DNA of 64,000 nucleotides from the human T2T-CHM13v2.0 reference genome, Homo sapiens: the NCBI RefSeq assembly GCF_009914755.1, contig NC_060940.1; one strand, given 5' to 3'. Below are positions 46,227-64,000 of the stretch, in pieces. The first letter of the stretch is position 1. Every line of letters begins with the position of its first letter. A program made the translations under genes and the position numbers. The notes below the pieces were generated by a model, which was given only the letters and a program-made list of their open reading frames with translations, had not been told where the DNA came from and did no database searches.

Positions 46227-46683
46227 TGTTTTTTTCTTTTAAATCATCTTGACCTCAACATCTTAGTCAACGCTTATATGAAATTTTAGCAAAACAGTGA
46301 TTGAAAAGCGGAGAATGTAAAGTCCCAGAGTTGGAGGAGTAGTTCATCCGGAAGCATCCGCCAAGTGATCAATTTTTTGGGGACGGTAGGAATAGAACAG
46401 GTCCGAGGAGTTACTTTTCTGGAAAATCAGGAAGTACTCATTGCCTCTCGTTCTTCAACTGAAGTCAGGATTAACCAAGACAACATGATTACATACTTGG
46501 CAAAGAGATTCACACCTCACATCCTGTACAGACCTCACATCTTGTCTTACTCTCAGAAAGAGAATGAGGATGCTGTTGGACCAGAGGGAAGAAAAGAACC
46601 AGTTCATGCTGATGCTGCCACATTTACATCCCAGAAGAGGAAGGCTAAGGAAACCAAAATTTGTGTGCCAGGCAAGCACTTAA

Positions 46684-48325
<1,642 letters not shown>

Positions 48326-48530
48326 TGACAGGAGTCCAAATCCAACCAGCTATAACCAAAGGTTACTTTTATTAGAGGGATTCTTGAAAGTCATGCAAAG
48401 GAAGAAAAAGTTGAGTCAAACTGGGACAAGAGCAGTGCAGAGATGCTGCTGAGCTTCCATTTGACGGTGATAAGAGGCATGACCTGCCGGAAATCCCAGC
48501 CTGGCTTCTCCAGCAGCAGAAGCGACTATT

Positions 48531-49365
<835 letters not shown>

Positions 49366-49465
49366 TAGGGGCATACGCCTAGATTTACCAATCAGCAATT
49401 CTGGATGCAATAGATGAGGGGTAGATTTCCAAAAGGAAATTGAAGTGTTAGAAAGGAGGATGGGT

Positions 49466-50286
49466 GGCCATGTGCGGGGGCTCACACCTATAATCCCAGC
49501 ACTTTGGAAGGCCGAGGCAGGTAGATCACTTTAGGTCAGGAGTTTAAGACCAGCCTGGCCAACATGGTGAAACTCTGTCTCTATTAAAAATACAATAATT
49601 AGCTGGGCGTGATGGTGTGCACCTGTAATTCCAGCTACTTGGGAGGCTTGAACCCAGGAGGCGAGGTTGCAGTGAGCTGAGATCCTGCAACTACACTCCA
49701 GCCTGGGTGATGAAGTGAAACTCTGTATCAAAAAAAAAAAAAAAAAAAGAAGAAAGAAAAAAGAAAGGAGGATGATGATCAGTAATTCTCAGTAATTCCA
49801 GAAGATGGAAGGCCTGCTGGGAAGACACAGCCATAGCTGCCCATTATAGATTGAAACAGATGTCAAATCTGTCTTTGATGATTTATGCTCTTTCAGTGTC
49901 TCCAGATCAATCTTATAACTGCTACCAATTAGTATTAAATAGGTAGAAATACATGTCACTGTGGATTTGTATTGGCTTATAAGATACCCTGAAGTTATTT
50001 ATTTATTTATTTAGAGACAGGGTCTCACTCTATCCCCCAAGCTGGAGTGCAGTGGCGCGATCACTGCAGCCTCTGCCTTCCTGGTTCAAGCAATTCTTGT
50101 GCCTCAGCCTCCGAGTAGCTGGGATTACAGGTACTCACCACCACACCAAGCTCGTTTTGTATTTTCAGTAGAGATGGGGTTTCACCATGTTGGTCAGGCT
50201 GGTCTTGAACTCCTGACCTCAGGTGATCCACTTGCCTCAGCTTCCTAAAGTGCTGGAATTACAGGTGTGAGCCACTGCACCCAGCT
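49466..50286. mobile_element. Two Alus (49466-49765 +, 49997-50286 -)
   Basis: TSDs agaaaggaggatg and ccctgaagtt. Confidence 0.9.
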
Positions 50287-50721
50287 ATTCCCTGAAGTTT
50301 AAAAAATGTCCTGCTTATGTTGTTCTCTTGTCTGTCCTTTTCTTATGTGTAGAACTCATAAAAATGGTTATGTGAAGGCCCTAGTGAATTGAAATTTTAT
50401 TCTGCTACATTTAAGAAAATCAACATCCTTAAAAATAAATGGTATAATAGTAAGACTTTTTCTCAATTTAAGACAATTAAGATTGTTCTCATCTCTATTA
50501 AGGTGGCATCCAAACTTGATGAGTTTTCCTGGCCAGATAATATACTTCGTTTAAATTTTGGGGTGCTGTGGAATCCCCCCAACTCACTTCATTCCCAATA
50601 GGTACCTATGATTTATAGTTTGGTGTATATATTCTTCTAGATCTTTTAAAATATGTTTATATGTACGAACAAACTATAAACATTTTTTATTTGATTTTTT
50701 TCTCATATTACAATTATCTTC

Positions 50722-50845
50722 AGGACAGGTGCAGTGGCTCATGCCTGTACTCCCAGCACTTGAGAGGCCAAGGTGGAAGGATCGATTGAGCCCAGGAGTT
50801 TGAGACCAGCCTGAGCAACAGAGTGAAACCCTGTCTCAAAATACA
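50722..50845 (+). mobile_element. FLAM
   Basis: Single left monomer. Confidence 0.8.
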
Positions 50846-51461
50846 AACCCAACACCATCCCAGTACTCTTTAGGAAACATTGTAGATCAATCTGTATATT
50901 AATAGTTCCACCTTCTTCTTTGAAGTAGATCATTGCAAGATCTTCCAAATGTTTTGAGAGAAACCCTAGATCCTGGCTTTTATAGGAAATGTTCTGATAT
51001 TTTAAATGTTGGCAACAAATTTAAAAATTTACAGTGTGTAGTCTTTACTGCATATGCCTGTGGGCTTGATTCATCAATCCTGTACAACGCTAGTCTGATA
51101 CCTCGAATGAGTGTGTTTTTCAATCCAGCCCCCATATGCCTGGTATTGGGCAGAATCTGCCAAAATCTGGAAGTGAGGAGACAAAAGAGGAAAGAAGCGG
51201 TGGTTGAAGCTAATATCGTTCATGGTTATCCTTTTCCATTTTCCTATGCACACAAACGGATTGCACTTTTTACCTCCCTTATCATCAGGCAGGGCCATGG
51301 GGCTAGTTCTGGTCTTGGGTGCCAGCGAGCAGAAGGAATGTGTGTCCCACCCAGGCTTGCATATTTAATTGCTGGAGTAAAACCTTCTAGCTCTGCTTCC
51401 TCCAGAAATCATAGACGTGCATCCTAAAATCATACAAGCCTCCAGCATCACGGGTCCCTGA

Positions 51462-51776
<315 letters not shown>

Positions 51777-51931
51777 TGAGTGACTATTTTAAGTGGAGCC
51801 CTTCTGATGACTCCCACTAGATGTTAGTACGAGTGAAAAATAAGCCTTTGTGATTTTATGATTCTGAGATTCTGCGGTTTCTAAAATACATTTATAAAAC
51901 TATAACGGGATTTATCCTGGCAAATATGGGG

Positions 51932-52862
51932 TATATTAATTTTTGATTGCTGTCTACCAAATCACCTTAAACTTAGCAGCTGAAAGCAACACTCTTTACT
52001 TGCTCACAGTTCTGCAGGTCAGAAGCTGGCATAGTGAGGCTGGATTCTCTGCTAGTGATATGACAAGGCATCTGTTGGGCTGTACCCTAATCTGGAGATT
52101 CAGCTGGGGAAAGATGCGTTTCCAAGCTTCCATGAGTAGTTGGCAGAGTGCATTTGCTTATGGTTATAAAGCTGAGGTTCCTGTTGTTTGGCTAGTTGCT
52201 GGACAGGGACATTTTTTTTTTTTTTGAGACAGGATTTTGCTTTGTTGCCCAGGCTGGAGTGCAGTGGCACAAACACGGCTCACTGTAGCCTCAACTTCCC
52301 AGATTCAAGCCATCCTTCTGCCTCAGCCCCCTAACAGGCTGGGACTACAGGTGCATGCCACCACCCTGGCTAATTTTTAAATTTTTTGTAGAGATGGGGT
52401 TTCACCATATTGCCCAGGCAGATCTCAAACTCCTGAGCTCAAGTGAGCTGCCTACCTTGGCCTCCCAAAGTGCTGGGATTACAGATGTGAGCCAGCATGT
52501 GCCGTGTCCAGCCCATGGACCATTCTTGACTTCTACAGTCTGCTCCTAGGTTCTGGCCATGTGGTTCCTCCATCTTAGCAACTGAGAAGTTTGTGTAAAT
52601 GGAATCTCTCTCATGCTTTGGATCTCTCTGACTTTTTTTTTTTTTTTTCTGCAACTATCCAGAGAAAACTGTGCTTTAGAAAGACTCTTGTAATCAGGTT
52701 AGTAGCAATCTCTTTATCTCCCTATTTTAAGGTCAATTGTGCCACTTGACATAACTTAATCATGGGGTTAAAACCCATCATGTTCACAGTACCAAGGATT
52801 ACACAGGCCATGTACACCAGAGGAACAGAAAATCTTGGTGGCCATATTAAGATTCTGCCTAA
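51932..52862 (-). mobile_element. MLT1D/E-like LTR with nested AluJ (52212-52512)
   Basis: aaacttagcagctgaaagcaacac...gccatattaagattctgccta. Confidence 0.7.
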
Positions 52863-52907
52863 TGCATGGCAAGGAAGTAACAGAGATTAAGTAAGAAAGA
52901 AAGACTA

Positions 52908-53339
<432 letters not shown>

Positions 53340-54017
53340 TTAGTCACTTTCATTCATTCCCGAAAACACTGCCGCTAAGTAAAAACCCATTAAATGAAAA
53401 AAAAAAAATCCATTTATTTTAGTGGAAAAAATTATGATGTCATCCCTCTCAAGCCATAAATCTTCACAATGCTCAAAGATAAAAAATACATCAATTGCAA
53501 AATGAAAACACACTTACATAAGTAATAACTAAAAAATAGCAAGTAAAGAAATATAGTTTGTATCTAAGATATAGGAAGGTTTTATTGTCTTTGCCAAAAG
53601 AGGACAAGAAGACTTAATTGTGGGTGGTAGCTGGTGAAATAAGTGTGCAAGGAAATTATTCTTTGAAAGGTGAGGTTTTCTTTTTGTGTCATGTTCTTCA
53701 TTCATTTCCAAGCCATTTGGGGGCTGGCAGGTTGGTTATCTTGCCCTCAAACTGCTCACAAAAAATAACAGTAGAGCTCGGAGAAATGCCTTTAGGATGA
53801 AGCAAACCTAGATATGAGTGTGTTTGTGGAAATAGCACATGTGTAAAACACGCTGGAAAGTTACAGAAGACATTACTTCTTCATCCCTTTGTCTTGGTGC
53901 ACATATGTGAGGAAAATATTTTGGGTTCACCCAATTATGGCTCACAATTCAAATTTGTTCCATTTGATGCTTTGACTTGAAACTGTTGTGTCAGGTAAAT
54001 TGGGGAGTATAACTTGA

Positions 54018-54805
<788 letters not shown>

Positions 54806-54872
54806 AACTGAGTGACAAGAAAGCAGGACACTCTGTGAACTTCAAAATGTCCTTCAAGAACCTCAATGATCC

Positions 54873-55151
54873 TGGCTGGACTCGGTGGCTCATGCCTGTA
54901 ATCCTAGCACTTTGGGAGACCGAGGCAGGAGGATCACCTGAGGTCAGGAGTTCGAGACCAGCCTGGACAACATGGTGAAACCTTGTCTCTCATAAAATTA
55001 CAAAACTTAGCCGGGTATGGTGACGGGCACCTGTAATCCCAGCTGCTCCGGAGACTGAGGTGGGATAATTGCTTGAACCTAGAATGCGGAGATTGTAGTG
55101 AGCCGAGATTTCCCCACTGCTCTCCAGCCTGGGCAACAGAGTGAGACTAAG

Positions 55152-55185
<34 letters not shown>
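54873..55185 (+). mobile_element. AluS
   Basis: Long A-tail. Confidence 0.9.
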
Positions 55186-55186
<1 letters not shown>

Positions 55187-56232
55187 AACCTCAGTGGTCC
55201 TAGTATAGAAGTATTTTCAGGATTTAAGACAACCATAGGGTTTGTAGAGCACTCTTTATGGTTTCTGTTGAGTTTCATAGGACATTGAGTTCTGTGCCAA
55301 TTGCTCATTCATTCATTAGCTTATTTCTTCATTATATTTATTATATTCTTTATTAAATAGCTATCATGTTCTGGGGATTGTGACAGGCATTAATGATATA
55401 TAGTCCTGGCAATCAAGAGATTCAAAGTGTTGAAAAAAAGACACATGAATTATATATTTTTGTATTTTTGAGGTAGGTATAAACTACATGAAGTCCACCA
55501 ATTTTAAATGTAAAAAAAGAATGGTTGTCTAAAAAGTAGCATAACTTCTCAAGAGTCATTATGTCAAAAATTGATTGAACAGCTACAAATGTGATTTTAT
55601 ATTTAGACTTAGCCCTAGGATACATGGCTTAGGAACCTCTTGAAATATATAGGCCCATCGATAGTTTCTACTTATTCTCTGCTGTTAAAAAAAATTACTT
55701 TTCTTTTCCAAACTTAAATTGAAAATGAACAAGCCAAGTATTATAAGAGAAACTATTTGAGAGTAAGTCAAAATGACCCATTTGAAGGTCATCACTAATT
55801 GGAAATTTCTGAAAGAACCATGCTTAAGAAACAAATATAGACCTTAAAGTGGATAGTTACTGACTTTTATGAATCTTTTAATTTTTAAAATGAGGAAATT
55901 TTAAAGTTAAATATTATTTTCATATTTTAGAGTGATGTTTTCTATATTACAAGAACATTATAATGTAAAAATAATTTTTAAAACTTAGCACAAGATAATA
56001 ATAATGAAATTGGTACCTTCTTTCAAAACATTTCAGTAGGAACTGTTCATTTATGTTATAGCATTATATCTCCACTTTCAAAATGTCATGTAGGGTACTT
56101 TTTTAGGATTCTGAATGAGGTAGAAAGGCTGTAAGCCTCAGCTTTCCTCCTGTTGTTTTTCCAAGATAATCTTTAAAAATTCCCCAGTATAACTTTTTCT
56201 TTGCCTAAAATGGACATAAGAATATTTTTAGT

Positions 56233-56643
<411 letters not shown>

Positions 56644-56725
56644 TCAATACATTTATAATCTAAAACTACTTACTTGGCTACAATTCTGCTATATATATAT
56701 ATATATCTGATATGTATCTATTTGA

Positions 56726-59551
<2,826 letters not shown>

Positions 59552-60562
59552 TCACTATACAAAACTCTGAAAGAATCTTGGCCTGATTGAAAAATCAAAT
59601 CAAATCCACCCTTAATGTTCCTGTGGATGCTTGCTACTCTGTTCTGCCTGGCAGTATGATTCTCTGTCAAAATATAGCACAACCATAGCATTTCCAGCTC
59701 AGTTATGCAGTTGCTGCCAGATCCATCCATTCGTTCATCCACCTGTCATCAAATGTCTTTTGCAATGATGAGCAAGATGTGGCTCCTGCCCTCAAGAAGC
59801 TCACAGTGTACTGGAGAAGATAGGCAAGCACCCTATTCCAATCTCACTGTCAGCTCTCATCAGAGCAAGTGACCAGCTTGCATGAAGAGGAGATTTATTG
59901 CAACAATAAAGAGGAATATTTCAGGATCCAAGATAGAAATTTTATCTACACCCTATGGGCACTGAACACGGCCATGAATTGAAGTATCCACTCCCTCTTT
60001 TTGTTTCCTTTGTTATCTAATTCATTATTTTCTTTTTTCCAGACCGGCCTCTTGGTGTTCTAGAAACCCAACTGAGGCTTACTCACACTTAGTGCTGGCA
60101 TAATAAATGCTCAATAAAGCCTAGCTATTATTATACATTTAATATAAACTGATATACACTCATGCACTTGTATTTATCTAAGCCGATATATATTTATATA
60201 CATAGGTGTTTTTTTAAACAAATTTCACATCATGTACAGTGGGTTCTGATATCAGTGGCCAATTATCCTTTGCAATGAAACTGAGAGCAACCTTTTGTCA
60301 TGGTTGACAAAACAGCAATCCTTGTTCCAGCCCCATCTGGGTATCCCTTCTGTCAGATTTTGTAGATCCTCTTTTGTCTTCTATGGTTCTTGTCCTGTTG
60401 GCTGATTACCTCATGGTCTTGGGATCTAGATGCTCAGTCTCTGCCAGACTTTACTGAAGCACCAGCTTTATGAATTGTACCCACAGGAGGCTCCCCTTCC
60501 CTCCGGCACATGCTACACAGTGTCAGCAGCCCCCTCCCACCCTCATGCTTGGGTAAATGTGC

Positions 60563-60925
60563 TGTATTAGCCTGTAATCATGCTGCTAATCAGGTCATAC
60601 CTAAGACTGGGTAATTTATGAGAGAAAGAAGTTTAATTGACTCACATTTCCACATGGCTGGGGAGGCCTCATGATCATGGTGGAAGGTGAAGGAGGAGCA
60701 AAGTCACGTCTTACATGGTGGCAGGCAAGACAGCATGTGCAGGGGAACTCCTATTTATATAATCATCAGATCTCGCAAGACTTATTCACTGTCACAAGAA
60801 CAGCATGGGAAAGACCCTCCCCCATGATTCAATTACCTCCACTGGGTACCTTCTATGACATGTGGGGATTATGGGAGCTACAATTCAAGATGAGATTTGG
60901 GTGGAGACACAGCCAAACCATATCA
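60563..60925 (-). mobile_element. THE1/MST-type solo LTR
   Basis: tgtattagcc...gccaaaccatatca; 5-bp TSD TGTGC. Confidence 0.85.
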
Positions 60926-61054
60926 TGTGCTTTGGTATTATGGTCTTGCTCTTTGAATGCATGCTTCACTTGTTCTGTGTGTGTATTTTTTTTCTGGCAG
61001 GGGCTCTCTCTGTCAGCCAGGCTAAAGTGCAATGGTGCGATCACAGCTCACTGC

Positions 61055-61190
61055 ATATATATATGATATATATAATATATATCATATGTAATATATAATA
61101 ATATATATCATATAATTATACATGATATATATTATATATAATACATACACTATATATAATATATAGTGTATATATTGTGTATATATATAA
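61055..61190. repeat. Degenerate (TA)n-rich tract between an Alu fragment and an MLT2-like end
   Basis: ~135 bp mostly alternating TA. Confidence 0.85.
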
Positions 61191-61644
61191 AATTCCTATT
61201 GGTTCTATTTATCTGGAGAACCCCAGCTTTTGTAATAAAAATTTCAATTTTGTGGCCAGGCACCTCCAAATATTTTTGCTTACAACTGTGAGAAAAATTT
61301 ATAGAAATAAAATTACTTGGCCTAAGGAGATGCACATTTGATGTTTAAACGTATAACGACAAAGTGCTACAAAAAGGCACATTAACATCTTTTGTTGGCC
61401 ATTGTCTGATGAATATTTGGATAGAAAAAAAAATGCCCCATTGAGGAAAGATACAGATTCCTTCTTATTTTTAAATGTCTCACATCTCCTTACCATCTTT
61501 TTCACCCAGCAGCCCAGGGGGTTGTTTAACCATTTAATGACTGCAGGAAAGAGAAAAACATTCCTGTCTAAAGTTTCCCTAAAGTACCCATACCATTGTT
61601 TTGAAAGCAGAGATAATGCTTCGAGTACACTGCTTTCTTTTGGT

Positions 61645-62465
<821 letters not shown>

Positions 62466-63109
62466 TTTTGGCCTGCAGTATTATTTTTTCTTTTGTGTTA
62501 GTCTTATTTTTTTCTTCTCTGAATTTTTCTCTATAATTCTCTGTTTTGTTTCCCCTCAATACTCCGCTACAGATAATACTGCAAATTAGCAATGCTCACT
62601 TTTATAGTGAATTGCATTTTTCTACTTGCCAAGTTTCAAGGTAAAATATATTTTAAGGGAAACAAAGAATAATGGTTTTTCCTTTGGTCTAAAATTAATT
62701 TTGATCACAATATTAACACAAAGCTAATGAAATTCAGAACTAAGGGAATTAAAAATATATATGTAAAAAACCCAGCTCTTCATTTTTCTAATTCTACTTT
62801 TCCCTAGAAAGACTGATTTACTTTTAGGGTGAGAAGTGGAGATACTGTTACCCCCTCACAGGTGGAGTCCAACAAAACAAAACAATTATTAACCCTTTCC
62901 TAGACAGGGCTGGTCAGGGGCTGAATAGCTGCTTAAGTACCTCTGGAAAAGGTAACTTCTCAGCCCAAGGGTGCAGGGCCGGACTTGGTCTTTTTAGATT
63001 CATTCCCTGGCTGGCTGGTTGTTAGTTTTGTAAGGTAAGAAAGCAGCATTTAGCAACAGAGGAGAGAATGTGAGAGATAATTCTGGTGGTCCTTTTCCAG
63101 GTAGGTTGC

Positions 63110-63478
63110 TGCTATCGTTCGAATGTTTGTCCTCTCCAAAACTCATGTTGAAATCTAATTACAATTGTAACAGTATTAGGAGGTGGGACCTTTATTGAGT
63201 CTGGCCCCCTTGTGCCTCTTGGCCCTTCCACCTTCTGCCATGTGAGCATCCAGCCTTCCTCCCCTCCGGAGGACACAGTCTGTGAGGTGCCATGTTGGAA
63301 GAAGAGAATGGCCTCACCTCACCAGACACCAAACCTGCCAATGCCATGACTTTAGCCTTCCCAGCCTCCAGAGCTATGAGCCAATACATTTCTGTTCTTT
63401 ATAAATTCCTAAGTCTTAGATGTTCTGTATTATTCTGCATTATTGAACAACTGTGTTGTTCAGCACAAATGGGACTAT
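63110..63478 (+). mobile_element. MST/MLT1A-type MaLR LTR, internally deleted
   Basis: tgctatcgttcgaatgtttgtcctctccaaaactcatgttgaaa...cagcacaaatgggacta. Confidence 0.75.
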
Positions 63479-63482
63479 GGCA

Positions 63483-63494
63483 GCCGCCATCTTG
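63483..63494 (-). promoter_or_regulatory. Consensus YY1 motif
   Basis: GCCGCCATCTTG = CAAGATGGCGGC on minus strand. Confidence 0.45.
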
Positions 63495-63603
63495 AGAGGA
63501 CAGTATAGAGCAGTGAGATGTGACAGAGGCCAATGAGGACAGACTGGACATAAGAGGGTTTTCTGAGAATTAACCTAAATCAAAGATTCAAAATGTGCTC
63601 CTA

Positions 63604-63948
<345 letters not shown>

Positions 63949-64000
63949 TTATCAGGCTCCTACCCTAAACCTACTAAGTCTGATACTTTGGGGGTGGAGC

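Noticed and set aside
50933-51427. 164-aa ORF
   Set aside because: Non-ATG start, no recognisable homology, appears to overlap degraded repeats, no splice support

Overview
Human (primate) genomic DNA, dense in repeats: about 70 Alu/FLAM copies (roughly a third of the window) plus many LTR, L1, MIR and DNA-transposon relics. The only supportable coding sequence is exon 1 of CPPED1 on the minus strand (ATG at 6808, 70 coding nt, donor CAG|GTACTG) inside a CpG-island promoter at about 6500-7080. Bases 1-6738 are CPPED1 intron 1. The remaining ~57 kb is upstream intergenic DNA; from recollection this is 16p13.12 towards SHISA9, which lies beyond the window. Nearly all track ORFs are repeat artefacts. 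I found no new gene system. The best leads are regulatory and evolutionary: a MER41B-type LTR with two intact tandem GAS/STAT motifs ~5.8 kb upstream of the CPPED1 start, a near-consensus CTCF site, two CpG-retaining unique segments with enhancer-like motifs, a ~290-bp templated local duplication inside an Alu monomer, a MER30 nested in an Alu, and several probable deletion junctions. Repeat subfamily names and boundaries come from recognition by eye, not RepeatMasker.
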